Part shown: positions 1-11,733 of the stretch, one piece after another
Numbering within the stretch: position 1 is the first letter of the stretch
Layout: each line of letters begins with the position of its first letter
From: Craspedostauros australis
Taxonomy: Eukaryota
Length of the DNA: 47,206 nucleotides
NCBI GenBank assembly: GCA_030167865.1
Contig: JALAGF010000931.1
Location: forward strand, 1-47,206
Direction: 5' to 3'
Notes under the pieces: generated by a model
Seen by the model: the letters and a program-made list of their open reading frames with translations, nothing else
Told to the model about the DNA's origin: nothing
Databases searched by the model: none
Program-made: the position numbers and the translations under genes

Positions 1-1370
1 AACACAAGTACATGGCTTGTGCTCACTGTGGACAGACATGATGCCGTCGCTTTTGGTCGATATCAGACTGCGATGGTATCCAACCGTGTGGGTGGTGATG
101 TTGTGACAGCTTCGGTGGTGCGTTGATTCCTCACGTTGTGGACGATTGGGCTCTGTTGTGTGCTTCCTCCCTTGTGTGTGTTGTGTCAAGTAGCACAGGG
201 TTGTTTGTGACATCCCTACACGTTCACGTCCACATTCACGGCAACAGCAACACTTGCGAATACTATGCAGCATAATATTATATAATACAATGGAGCACAG
301 TGACTCATCCTATGGTATGAATAGTATACTATACTCTCCACAATATAATAGGATGCACATAATGCTTATCTTAACAATCCGCAAATGATGACATGACAAT
401 CCTGAACGGGGTGATACGACGAAAGTGGCCGTGGAGAGAAATGGTGATGTATGGAAGGAATCAATGGATTGACGGGCACTGATTTAGTCTTGGGGGCAGA
501 ATTGACTACGGGACTGATGGCCGTGACTTGAAATCGGGGTGAACGAGGCTGACCAGTTATGAAATTATGACCCTTACAACCACCTCCAATACTCATACCA
601 GCACAACAATCCCCTCCCTCCGATCCTTCCTCGTCACATCGTACTCGTGCTGCGTTCCTGATCGGACCGCACATGAACTTCACACGCTTCCTCCTCATGA
701 GCCTCGCAGGAAGATGTCGACGGACAGTGCCGCCGCACGCGGCAACACCGTGATGCAACTGACGACTCCACACAACTTCCTGAAGGAGCACGACCCCATC
801 TTCATCAAAGGCATGGACGCACGTGCGATCATGGAGCTTTTCGTGCGATGATGGCATTGAAATGGGTCTGATGGATGAAGGCTCCGACATGGTGACGTTT
901 GAGTCCGAACAGGGTGAACAATTGCACTCTATTTGAATTGTATAATATTCTATTCTATGATATTATATTACATGAGCAGAATTACAAGTAGAGATAATGT
1001 AAGGTTATGCAATATAAGCAGGAGGGTTGTTTGCACGGTGTCGTCCGCTCTGGTCTGATCTCTTGTGCTCTTGGTGAGTCGGTGGCTAGTTGGATTGAGC
1101 AGAGCCGCCAATCGTCCAGATTCCAATGATATTCGACTTAATTGACTCAACCCAAGTTTGTGGATCCACGTAGTCGATCGGACACCGACACAACGATAAC
1201 ACCAACCACCAAACAAACAAGATCGACAATGACGCAATGCCAAAAAGGAAACGGCGGCACCTTCGCCTTTTCATATTCCCACACAAGTGTTAACACAGCG
1301 CTGGCATTGAACGCTGCTGGGGATCGTTGCAAAGAGTGGAATAGAGCATCTGCACAACAGGGGAGAAGCC

Positions 1371-3167
1371 ATGGAGGCCGAAGTGCCAATGACGCACGAG
1401 GAAGCAGGCGAACCTCCTGCGCATGCCACAGCGAAGGATGGTGCAGTTGAATCAGCTGAGAATGTTGAGAATGGAGCTGTTGACGATGAAACGACCAACG
1501 CGACGAACAGCGCCAGAGAAACGGGGAAGCAATCGGATGATGGCGATCAGAGCGAGAAAGGCGGGGATGGCAATGGCGCTGGCAATGGCGCTGCATCAGC
1601 TGGTGAAGCAGAACCGAGCCAAGCCACTGGCGAATCGCAACCAGCTGATGCCACAGGGCCTCCGCGAGCTGACGAGCCGGTGGCCATCACGGAGGATGCA
1701 ACGCCGACAGAGGCAAGGACGGAAGCAGCCTCCAATGAGAGCGTTTCCAGTACAAACGCAACATCTCCTGAAGAGCAGCCAGCTGCGCCACCGAATGACA
1801 AGGACGACGAGCTGTCCAAACGCAACGCGGAATTGACGCAGAAGGTCCAGCAGAGGGAGAAGGAGCTGCATGCTGCGCAGACGCTCATCGCGCAGATGAA
1901 AACGGAACAAGAGGAGAAGCAGCTGCAAATGGCAGAAGAAGCCAAGGCGGATCTCGATCAGGTGCGCGAGGAGGCGGCGCTCAAGACCAGGCAGCTCAAC
2001 GAGACGGTCGACATGATGTCCCAGGAACGGCAGGCGCTCAAGATGGATATCGAGCACCTGCGTGAGGAACGCGACGAGCAGGCCCGCAAGGAGGCGGCGC
2101 TCATCAACAGGCTCAATGCCGCCAAGAAGAAGGAAGGCGTCAAGGCCAATCAGGCCGAGCTCTATCATGATCAGAAGCAGACGCTCGAGGATGATCTGCA
2201 GACGACGAAGGACGGCCTCGCCGCGGCCAACGCGGAAATCGAAGCGCTCAAGCAGGAGCTCGAAGACGTCAAGAATTACTCAAGAAAGAGGATAAAGCAC
2301 CTCGAGAGCTCCTTGAGCGGGGAACGCAAGCTCAACGACGAGCGCAAGCAAAAGATGAAGGCCTTCGTCGAGGCCAAGACCGAGGAGGTGCGCGTCGCCA
2401 AATCAGACACCACCGCCATGCAGTCCGAGCTCGATCAATCCACCCGCTCCCTCACCGATCTCAACCAGCGACTCAAGCAGCTGCACGCGCAATGGGTGCA
2501 ATCGCAAACGCGCAACCGCGAACTGCAACGAGATATCGTCAAGATGAAGAAGGATTCCAAGATGATGCACAAGGTCGGCGGCACCTTGGAGATGAAGCTC
2601 TCCAAATCGGAGCAGGAGACGGAAGAGCACAAGAACAAGCGCCTCACGGCAAAGAACGAGCTCATGGCCGTCCTCAAGCAGCTAGAATCGGAACGCGATC
2701 TCAACAACCGCATGCGCGACAGCATCAAGTTCACCTTCACGCCCAAGGCGCTCAGCCAGCAGCAGACGATGCGGGAGGCCTTGGACGACCTAGAGGTGCA
2801 GATGGAGCGTGTGGCCAAGCGCTTTGGTGGCACGTTGATGCCGCCACCGGCAGCGGGTCCGTCCTACACCGATCTCGCATTCAACGACGACAACAACGAT
2901 GCCACCACGCCGACCTCCGCGCAGGAGGCCAACACAACGCAGCTCCTGTCCAAGTTGGAGCACGAAACGCAGCAGGTTAGCCAGCTGATCATGACCATGA
3001 CGCAGAGCTTGGAGCGCTTGGATGGAGTCCTGTCGGGTCCCAGCACGCGCAGCTGCGTCGACGCCCTGCAAGACTTTCTGTTGGCAGCCAGCGCCACACG
3101 CAATGCATCGTCGTCCAGTGCGCAGTACGGCCATGTCTATGCCGACAGCAGTCCCAACATGACGTGA
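1371..3167 (+). CDS. Long coiled-coil protein of unknown function (598 aa) with an acidic, disordered N-terminus
   Basis: Uninterrupted ATG-TGA ORF with strong GC3 codon bias. Residues ~145-480 are E/K/Q/L-rich and heptad-like. No recognisable catalytic motif. Confidence 0.85.
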   Translation: MEAEVPMTHEEAGEPPAHATAKDGAVESAENVENGAVDDETTNATNSARETGKQSDDGDQSEKGGDGNGAGNGAASAGEAEPSQATGESQPADATGPPRADEPVAITEDATPTEARTEAASNESVSSTNATSPEEQPAAPPNDKDDELSKRNAELTQKVQQREKELHAAQTLIAQMKTEQEEKQLQMAEEAKADLDQVREEAALKTRQLNETVDMMSQERQALKMDIEHLREERDEQARKEAALINRLNAAKKKEGVKANQAELYHDQKQTLEDDLQTTKDGLAAANAEIEALKQELEDVKNYSRKRIKHLESSLSGERKLNDERKQKMKAFVEAKTEEVRVAKSDTTAMQSELDQSTRSLTDLNQRLKQLHAQWVQSQTRNRELQRDIVKMKKDSKMMHKVGGTLEMKLSKSEQETEEHKNKRLTAKNELMAVLKQLESERDLNNRMRDSIKFTFTPKALSQQQTMREALDDLEVQMERVAKRFGGTLMPPPAAGPSYTDLAFNDDNNDATTPTSAQEANTTQLLSKLEHETQQVSQLIMTMTQSLERLDGVLSGPSTRSCVDALQDFLLAASATRNASSSSAQYGHVYADSSPNMT

Positions 3168-3361
3168 CAGCACACGGCATTTCAAAACACCGCATGATGT
3201 AGACTAGAGGCATTAAAAGCAGTTAAGCAATGGACTCTTTATTGCGCAATCATTGTTGTTCTGCGAGTGTGGTATTGGAGGAAGCATCGCAATGAGCATT
3301 GTGCCTTGTGGAAAGAGCATGTACTGCTACAGCACTTGCTCTGCGCATGAGCGCGATTTCG

Positions 3362-6228
3362 TCACTTGGATGGCTTGCGCAACGTTGTGGGTAACGGGAC
3401 GTGGTCACCGACGACGCGCCCGAACACGACGCACTCCAACAGGCTGTTGCCACCCAACCGGTTGTTGCCGTGCAATCCGCCCGTGACTTCTCCCACAGCG
3501 TACAGGCCAGGCACGATGTCATTATGCGCATCACCCTGTTGCGGCACAACGCACTTACTGCGCAACACACGACCGCAGGGATCGACGGCGATGCCGCCCA
3601 TGCAGTAGTGCACCACCGGTGTCACGCGACCGACGACGAAGATTTCCAAATTCAGATCCTCGGCAGGCACGTTGCGGAAGACGGTCTTGCCGAAGACGTC
3701 GCGTCCGCGCTTTGCGGCGTCCTGGTAGTCGACGAAGGTGCTGCGCAGTGTGTTGGCGCTGACCTCCTTGCCGTATGTTTCGTTGTACCACTGCGCGAGA
3801 TCTTCGATGCCGTGAATGACTTCGAGCAGTCCGATCTTCTTGTAGAAGTTCACGTGCGGATCTGAGGCAGCGAGGGAGGCCGACAAGGAGAGGATCAACA
3901 CGAAGGATTGGGATGGCATGGCCATCATGCGATCCGCAATCACTTTCCGGGTGGCGAGCTCATCGCAGAAGCTGGAGGAGAAACGAAAGAAGGAAGGAAG
4001 GAAGGGACAGAGCCATGCAGAGACAGGACAAAGGGGGTACGAGTACCGTGAGCTGCATGCAGTAAGTGAACAGCCATTCATTCTGGACTTGGCTCTACTC
4101 CACCGCACTCTGCGGTATCGCCAACAAACAGAGCCAACCAAACCGTTGCAGATTCGAACAGCACAAGAGAGATGGAACCACTCCAATCACGCTCGACGTA
4201 CCGTTGTCCATTCTCATCCAATAGCAATCCACCGACCGCCCTCAAACATTCGCCGGCCAATATCTTGGATGGATCTTCCGGATCGCGCGGATTGATGAAT
4301 CCCGTGGGATGGATCTGCACCTTCTCCAAGTCGACGAGGGAAGCATGCGTGTCCTGAACCAGCGTCAAGGCATCGCCGGTCGACCAGGGACCGGATGTGG
4401 TGGGCATCCGCAGCAAGGAATTGAGGTGTGGGCTTACGTTGGGCGGTGTGGTGGGAGTCGATGGTGTTGATCGTGTGTGCGATGTGCGCCGACGACGACG
4501 CGCGTGCTGTTGTTCTTGTCCCATGGTCGCCAACAGCTTCAGGTTGGCGGCGAAGCCACCTGTTGCCAAGATCACAGATTTGGATCTGTACACATCCTTG
4601 TGGAAGTTGGACATGGCCTCATTCGTTGTGGTGGAAGGGTTGCCATCATCGGACAGATGCTCGACACGCACACCTGCCACAGTTGGTACCTGGCTGTTTT
4701 CGGTGTCGTCATCGAATTGCACAGATGAGGAAGAGGATGTGCGATGGATCAAGGATTGGACCTTGGTGTTGGTCATGATGGTGACTCTGCCATGGGGCCG
4801 CGCATCATCGTGCGGTGCTTCGTTCCAATTCTTCAAGATCTTGGAAAGACTGGAAATGAGCGTGTAGCCGATGGTGCCCGTCTTTGGCTGGTACGTGCGT
4901 GCGGTGGAGTGTCCACCGAGCTGGATGGGATGATCAGTGGCCAATGGGACCTTGGCACGCTCCTGCAGCCATTGCAGGGCTCCCGAGCTGTCCTTGACCA
5001 GGATGGACATGAGCTCCATGCCGTCTGGCTTCGTCGGAATCCACCGTTCGATAGGTTGTTGCGTTTCGTCCTTGGCACCCAGTTGCAGCGTGGATACGGC
5101 GAGAATCTTGACTTTCTTCTTGGCCATGGGGTTGTCACTTGTTTTGTTTTTGTCGGTGACGTTGCTACCGATGCTGTCGTTAGTATCGTTCAGGAGGAAC
5201 GTGTCAGCAGCAGCGGCGGTTTGGTGCACCGGACGCACCTTCGTCTTCTTGGTCACCTTGCGACGCCGCTTGACCATGACGATGCGCTTCCTGCGGATGA
5301 CTTTCTTGCCATCGCTCTTGGAAACGACGGCAGGCGTCGTGCCCGCGCCGTTCGCAATGGGCTTGATCGGTGTCAAACCGTCGATCTTGTCCTGCTGTGC
5401 CCGCTGCGTGGTCGTTACTGTAAACGGCTGCGATTCGACCGTCGCCACAATGGTGGGAGGAGACGGCGGAGGTGTCGTAGGATGCTCAGAAGCATGCGAC
5501 TGATACGTATCCTTGAAGAAGAGACGCTTGGAATCTTTGGTGCGGTCGGTGTTGTTGGGAAGGAATCCGTTGATGCCGGAGCTGGCTTTGTTGGAGTTGC
5601 CACCGAGCTTGGGTTCCTTCTCGATGATGAGGACGTGTCCACCACGATCGAGGATGGACAGGGCGGTGACCATGCCTGCCAACCCACTGCCAACGATGAT
5701 GGCGTCAAAGAAGTAGTGCGGCCGTTCGATGGACGTTGGCGGTTGGCTTGGGGCCTTGACAAGCGTTGCAGGAGGCTGCATTTGCGGTGACTCTAGTTTG
5801 GATGGCTGTGGTTGTGGTTGTTCCTGCTGGGTTCGGTTTAGCTGCCGTTGTGGGGATGGTTGTGCCTTGAGTTTCAATTCCTCCTTTGGCTTCATCTGCG
5901 CCTGTCGTGGTGGAGACACCACAGCTGGCGGCATCTCTTCATTGCTGGAGTTGTCGTCTTTGGATGGCTTGATCCATGACGAATCCGCGCGCTTCGACGA
6001 TGACGATGTGGAACGCATACGTGTTGCGAGGTATGCTCGTGGTGGAACCGGGATGGATCGCGAAGGCGATGATTCACCATTGACGGGCTCCGAGAGGCAA
6101 GGTGCCATGGTGCTGTTGCAAGGACGTCCGAAGAATTGGAACTGGTTCAAGCGTCCGCGATGCGATGCGTGGGATGAAGAGTTTTGGAGGATGAACCTGA
6201 TAACTTTGAGAGGAGACATGAAAGGCAT
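3362..6228 (-). CDS. Soluble FAD-dependent fumarate reductase / flavocytochrome c flavin subunit-like protein (Osm1/Frd1-like), ~878 aa; exons 6228-4202 and 3971-3362
   Basis: Motifs [63 protein letters not shown] and [30 protein letters not shown] intron at 4201-3972 (donor GTACGT, acceptor TTTCTCCTCCAG) joins the two ORF-track pieces in frame. The start is uncertain (ATG 6228 or a downstream ATG). Confidence 0.88.
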
Positions 6229-7181
6229 TGTGAGCGGCGTCTTCGTTGCAGCTCTCGGACGGAGACGGATGCTATCGCTGCCGCTGCAACCAAGGCAATG
6301 CGCTCCTGCTGCGCTGCCTCTCTGTTGTCACTGTACCGTATTCCTTCTTCCCACCCTTCACGAGACTTCCGTTGATGGTGTCGAAGCAGGAGAAGAAGGC
6401 AGAGTCCTCCCCCCTCTCACCTTGCAGCAACGATCACGTCTGGTGGTTACGAATTGGTTCGGGTTGGTTATCAGTGTTCCGGAATTGTATGGCAGTGTCG
6501 CTTTGCTGAACATTGCAGTGGCGAACCGAACAGCGACGCGTTCTGCAGCATCTGGAGTTGCTTCTGGAAGAATTCCTCGCATGGCGACAGTGCATCATGT
6601 GTTGCGCCCATTCTCTGCGATGCGTCGTTGTGGCAAAAGAGAGAAACAAGGACCGCAGAATCCCATGGCGTTGTTCTCTCGTCGACTTTGGTTGCCACAT
6701 GTTGACGGGTTCGCATCTCTGGTCCATTTTCTTGATTTGTGGGTTCGGTTCTCGTCGAAGAATCGAGAAAGAGAAACAAGAACAGAGAAGAAAATACGAT
6801 GCTGATAGTACTGTACCTGTAGTTTCTGTATATAGTACTATTAATGAGGTATACTTGTGAATTGATTGAATTGGGGCACACGATCGTGACCAAGAGAGAG
6901 AGACATCACGTGAAAGAAGAAAGAGGGTCACGCTCCGCGCACGAGTGATTGCAGCGATGTCCGCTCACAATCTATCGCGTTCAATTCCACCACAAGATCG
7001 AAGGAGGGACACTGGAAGAGAAGAGGCTGCGCGCCTACAAGCCATTACACAAACAGAGGCAAGCCTCAAGCTTCATTGGAATAGGCAGCACTGGATGATC
7101 ATATTATATTATTGTACTCTTCTAGAATAGGATATTACTCGACTCTATTCTATTCTATTCTACCCAACGCAAGACGTCAGC

Positions 7182-7589
7182 ATGGTGCTCCCTAACTTTT
7201 CGAAATCCAGCACGATGGACGCAACGACGCTGTTTGCATCCACGCTGCAACCGACCGCATTTGCAGATGAGGAATTGCAACCAGTGGCACAGCAGCACGG
7301 CGAAGCTCTGCGACAACACAACTCGAAGCAACGGAAGACCGCACCGCAACCCAAGACATCGAAGAAGAAGAAGAAGAAACAGCGCGCTGCCAAAGCGGTG
7401 GAACCAAAACAACGCACCACCAATGCCATGTATGCGGGCATCGCCATCCTGCTGCTGTGGGGATTGCGCACGGCCTATGAACTTTCCCACAAATCGACGC
7501 CATCCAAGCCGACGCAACAGCAGCAGCCACCGACTGGAGCGCTCAACAGCTTTTCCAATCCCGGACCGGCGGTGACGTCGACGCCTTGA
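7182..7589 (+). CDS. Putative small single-pass membrane protein (135 aa)
   Basis: ATG ORF with a poly-Lys tract followed by one hydrophobic segment (MYAGIAILLLWGL) and a Pro/Gln/Ser tail, flanked by AT-rich intergenic DNA. No family recognised. Confidence 0.45.
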   Translation: MVLPNFSKSSTMDATTLFASTLQPTAFADEELQPVAQQHGEALRQHNSKQRKTAPQPKTSKKKKKKQRAAKAVEPKQRTTNAMYAGIAILLLWGLRTAYELSHKSTPSKPTQQQQPPTGALNSFSNPGPAVTSTP

Positions 7590-7993
7590 TCGTATCGACG
7601 TGCGATGTGATGAAAGGAAGCGGAAGGGCGTACACAATGCGCGTGCGGAGAGTAGATACGTTACGCATACTAGAATGAGACAGCAATGATATGTATATGT
7701 ACAAACGACGAGAGACAGAAGAGTCGAGGGAATCTATGGCAGGAAGTGTGGAATGGGGTGTTGTGGTGCTGTCTCTAGCCAGTCGGTTCGTGCAACAAGT
7801 CTTACAGAATAGTGTGCTTTGGTTTGTTTGTGTTTTGTGTACTTTCGGTTCAACGTTACAGAGGAAGATTGATCCCTTCTATTACAATACTCGCAGCTCG
7901 TAAGTTACCTCGCATGCCCTGCACCCATATTACGTGGACGTACATTCAGAGGTCAACACCGACTCACTGCAAACTCGATATCCCCACCGCACC

Positions 7994-9403
7994 TCATCGC
8001 ATCTTGGGCGATACCGCCACCCGATTGAACCAAAAGGTGCAAACGTGATCCTTTGACTCAGCACAGATCTGACCCCCCAGCAAAGCCTTCCAATCCACAA
8101 CCTTCCATATCATGCGAAAGTCATCCGTCAATGGCGATTCCAACAACGGATGCTTCTTGGGATCCTCCAACCCTTCCGGCGCATTTGTGTGGCCGGCCAT
8201 GGCCGCTGTGTAGAGCAGGTAGGCCTGGAATCCATCCTGCTGCAGCAGCTCGTACTGACGCAACGCGAAGTCGGATCGATCGGCGGCGTGCTCGATGATG
8301 ATGTTGTAACACTTGAACAGGTGCCGCTGCAATCCTTGCAATGCTTCGGGCGTCGGACCCAACTTGATGACGGCAATCTCCTTGGTCCACGGATCATCCG
8401 CGTCGTCTGCTTCTGCGGCCGCCGTCACGTTGACACCGCCCTCCGTTTCCAAATGCGACAGCGACGTCTCCAATTCATCCAGGAACAGATCCAACGTCAG
8501 CATGGGCGTCAGATGCATCGCCGTCTTGCGCTCGCGCAATCCTCGTCGCTGATGGCATGCCTCAGGCTTTTTCCAGATCGTCGTGTGATTCCATAACCCC
8601 ATGTTGTATATGTGCGACAATTTTGGAACGGCGCGCTGGCCGCCCAGCAGATTGAGCTGCGCGAGGTCCATGCACTCGCGGCGCATTTCGAAGGCGTGGA
8701 CGGGGAAGTAGAAGCTGGCGGCGAGGCTCGTGTAGAATCCCGTCTGCATCGCGCCGTCGATGACGATGGTGTCGTACGTGACCTCGTCCGTTTTGATCTT
8801 GTCATGCGTTATGGTTTGCAGGATGGAGATCCAGAGATGCGTGACGGCGCCGAGGTCGCTCGTCTGGTACTCCTTGAAGGCCAGCAGGGGGTTGATGATG
8901 GAGGGCTCGATGTCGAGGAAGGTGAAGGTTTCGGGGGTGTCGCCCATGTTGACGCGCGCCAAAGCGCTTGCGGATGGGCCGATGCCCGGCATGCTGATGA
9001 TGTGTTCATCGAGCTTGTACTGTTCTGTGGGTTGCTTGGTGTACTTGACGCAGTGCTGCAGTGGAATCAACGGGATGGTCTCTCGAGGTGTGTCAGCCAG
9101 TTGCTGCTGTTGCTGCTTCTGCATTTTGCTGAAGGAAGCTCCAGTTGATGGATTGGAGATTCCAAAGTCCAGGGCCGCATTGTTGGCGAAATGCTGCGAT
9201 AGGAGGAATGGAAGACACAGAGCTGCACCCAGCATCATGGATGGCAGGTGGCAGGAGGATCGTGACGATGATGCTCCCGATCCTGATGATGTCGATGATG
9301 CAGAAGAAGAAGCAGAGCAGACGGCAGCGATGGAACTGATGCAGTCATCGCCAGAACGTCCCCTCAACTTGATTCTGCTCCCATTCGGTCGTTTCGGCTT
9401 CAT
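7994..9403 (-). CDS. FkbM-family (Methyltransf_21-like) methyltransferase homolog, type II membrane, with a degenerate KxDxEG motif (469 aa)
   Basis: ATG at 9403 (MKPKRPNG), N-terminal TM anchor, VIDGAMQTGFYT...VHAFEM SAM-binding region. Collinear with the paralog at 10180-11469. Confidence 0.8.
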   Translation of the reverse strand: MKPKRPNGSRIKLRGRSGDDCISSIAAVCSASSSASSTSSGSGASSSRSSCHLPSMMLGAALCLPFLLSQHFANNAALDFGISNPSTGASFSKMQKQQQQQLADTPRETIPLIPLQHCVKYTKQPTEQYKLDEHIISMPGIGPSASALARVNMGDTPETFTFLDIEPSIINPLLAFKEYQTSDLGAVTHLWISILQTITHDKIKTDEVTYDTIVIDGAMQTGFYTSLAASFYFPVHAFEMRRECMDLAQLNLLGGQRAVPKLSHIYNMGLWNHTTIWKKPEACHQRRGLRERKTAMHLTPMLTLDLFLDELETSLSHLETEGGVNVTAAAEADDADDPWTKEIAVIKLGPTPEALQGLQRHLFKCYNIIIEHAADRSDFALRQYELLQQDGFQAYLLYTAAMAGHTNAPEGLEDPKKHPLLESPLTDDFRMIWKVVDWKALLGGQICAESKDHVCTFWFNRVAVSPKMR

Positions 9404-10179
9404 TTTCAATGCTCTTTGATAATTGTGGCTGTGTGTGTGTCTATCTCTCTTCTTGACGACCTTTGGGCTTGTGCGAGTGTGCGAGTGTGCGATTGTGCGA
9501 TTGTGCGATTGTGCTTGCGTATGATGGCACTTGACCTTCGTTCCTTCGCCTCCCACCAACCAGGGGACAATCAGGGGTGCATGGAAACGATGAATGTGAG
9601 AAGTCGTGAAGTTTGTGCCTTTTCGCTATGTTGTGGTCACAATCATGATGCGCTGACCAGCCAAAGCCAAAATTGAGAGACATGGAAAATTTGTCAAGGG
9701 GTCGAATGATTCGAATGGCGACTGATGTGTCATTTGTGATTGATGACCGTTGACTCCTTTGTTCAGCTATGAATCACGAATGTACGAGACTGGATGATTG
9801 CGCATTTTTTTTTACAGAAACCATGCTGACATCGCGCGCAGATGCGTTGCACAATTTCAAACTGGTCTTCGTGTAGTTGTCGCGAGTGCGTGCGCCATTC
9901 TGAATTGCCTCTGGCCCTATCGCTCCAATGATCCATGCATTCGTTCGATCATTGCATCGTTCATCAATCCATCCATCCATTCTTTGGCACCCCAAGTCCA
10001 CTTCATTGCAAGCGTGTGCACCTGGTTGCTTGCTTCCATCCTCATACATCCCGCACTCGCCCTCCCGAATCCGGACGTCACGTTCTGAAACTGTCGCCAT
10101 CGACTCAGCTCCAGTCCAGCAGCAACAGTCATACCCAACATCAACAGTCATACCCAACAGCAACAGTAACAGCAACAAG

Positions 10180-11469
10180 ATGAAGGAACAGACAAGGTTG
10201 CGAGAAGACCGACCCAGACGCTCCACCAGAGCCAAGGATTCGATGAGGGCTGCATCCGCTTCGCAGAGATCCTGCCATCTGCCGTCCTTCTTTTTGGGAG
10301 CATCCTGCTGCCTGCCGTTGCTGCTGTGGCAGTGGTTCGGCGGCATGCTGCTCGTCAGTGATCAGTCCCTGCAAGCCATGCATACTGCCATGACGCACGT
10401 GGAGGATGGATCATCGACGCCCGTGTCCGCGACCAACGGCACCTGCCAATCCATCCCCCTCACACCGCTGCAGCATTGCATCAAGTACACGCAGCGCAAG
10501 ACGGATCACCTTCAGATCGAGAAGCAGGTCCTCACCTTGCCAGATCTGGATGATCCGCCATCCTTCGCCTTCGTCATGGGCAGCAACACTGAACTGCAGA
10601 AGGCAGAGAGCCTCTACGGATTTAACAACTACCAAATCGCCTTCGAAGGTGGCGTCACAAATCTGTGGATCCAAATTCTGCGGCATCACTTGTCGCAACA
10701 GCAACAGCAGAACCTGTTGGTGTTGGATGGCGGTATGAACACGGGGTTTTACACCACGCTGACGGCCCACATGGGCGTGCCGGTGCATGCCTTCGATCTG
10801 CAACGCGATTGCTTCGATGTCGTGCAGAAGATTCTGGAAAGCAACACGCCGCAGATGATGCAGCATGCGCATCTCTACAACATGGGATTGTCCAACGAGC
10901 CATCGATCATGACGGCCACGGAGGGCTGCTCGCCGAGCTACAATCTGATGGATCAAAAAGCACTTTTGCAGAGCACGTTGCCCGGTGGCAATTCCAAGAT
11001 CCACCAGGTCCCCGTCGTCTCCATCGATCTCTTCCTCGACCAGCTGCCCCAGACGACCGACGAGTCCATCATCCCCATCGTCAAATTGGACATTGAGGGG
11101 GCCGAAACCAACGCGCTCAAGGGATTCGTGCGTCATCTTCCAGCCTGCCACAACATCATCCTCGAATTCTCCGAGAAATTCACATCGCGTTTCACCAGAC
11201 CCGTCAACGCCTACCGCCAGTTCCACCGATTGCAGCGCGAAGGATTCGAGGCCTACATGCTCTTCGCCTACTCCATCCCCGCCGATAAGAGACGCGACGC
11301 CGGCTACTTGCAGGGCACCGGCTTGGCACCCGTCGACAAGCATCCCATCACGCGAGCGCCCGTTCCTGATGATTTCCGAATCGTGTGGCGAGTCACGAAT
11401 TGGGCTGATCTCAACAAGAAGGCGTGTCGGGTGGCTTGCAATCTTTGGTTCCACCGCGTCCACGACTGA
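10180..11469 (+). CDS. FkbM-family (Methyltransf_21-like) SAM-dependent methyltransferase, type II membrane (429 aa)
   Basis: ATG at 10180 (MKEQTRL) and a TM anchor. VLDGGMNTGFYT, VHAFDLQ, LYNMGLS, VSIDLFL, IVKLDIEGAE and IILEF are typical FkbM motifs. Confidence 0.85.
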   Translation: MKEQTRLREDRPRRSTRAKDSMRAASASQRSCHLPSFFLGASCCLPLLLWQWFGGMLLVSDQSLQAMHTAMTHVEDGSSTPVSATNGTCQSIPLTPLQHCIKYTQRKTDHLQIEKQVLTLPDLDDPPSFAFVMGSNTELQKAESLYGFNNYQIAFEGGVTNLWIQILRHHLSQQQQQNLLVLDGGMNTGFYTTLTAHMGVPVHAFDLQRDCFDVVQKILESNTPQMMQHAHLYNMGLSNEPSIMTATEGCSPSYNLMDQKALLQSTLPGGNSKIHQVPVVSIDLFLDQLPQTTDESIIPIVKLDIEGAETNALKGFVRHLPACHNIILEFSEKFTSRFTRPVNAYRQFHRLQREGFEAYMLFAYSIPADKRRDAGYLQGTGLAPVDKHPITRAPVPDDFRIVWRVTNWADLNKKACRVACNLWFHRVHD

Positions 11470-11733
11470 AAAATGGTGTCATCGCAAGAGTGACACCACC
11501 CATCAACGACGAATCTTCTTCTTCGCATCAAAGAACAAATCAATGTGAAGCGAAGCGGCTTGATGTGGGTTCCCACCCATGATCATGTGATGCAAGTACA
11601 TGCACGGTCATGTGGATTTCATGCAAAACAAACACAATCGTCATAAAAAGAACAACAGCACACTCCAACTCGAACTCCAACTCGAACTCGAACGATACAC
11701 ACGCACGTGTCATAGCAGCATCCATAGAGAGTC

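Noticed and set aside
385-553. ATGATGA...CTGA resembling C/D-box snoRNA boxes
   Set aside because: No terminal stem or recognisable rRNA-complementary guide, and such short motifs occur by chance.
567-940. Short + strand ORF with coding-like codon usage from ~709 after a possible CAG acceptor, apparently continuing in another frame (DDGIEMGLMDEGSD...)
   Set aside because: No recognisable family, no supported upstream exon, and it would need a frameshift. It may be a gene fragment but cannot be supported.
9470-11693. Short tandem repeats near gene starts (8-mer TGTGCGA(G/T) ~9470-9514, 21-bp duplication ~10122-10163, AACTC(C/G) ~11662-11693; also TTGTTGA ~46015-46054 and (GT)n ~41883-41898)
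   Set aside because: Ordinary micro/minisatellites in UTRs with no unique spacers, so not CRISPR-like.
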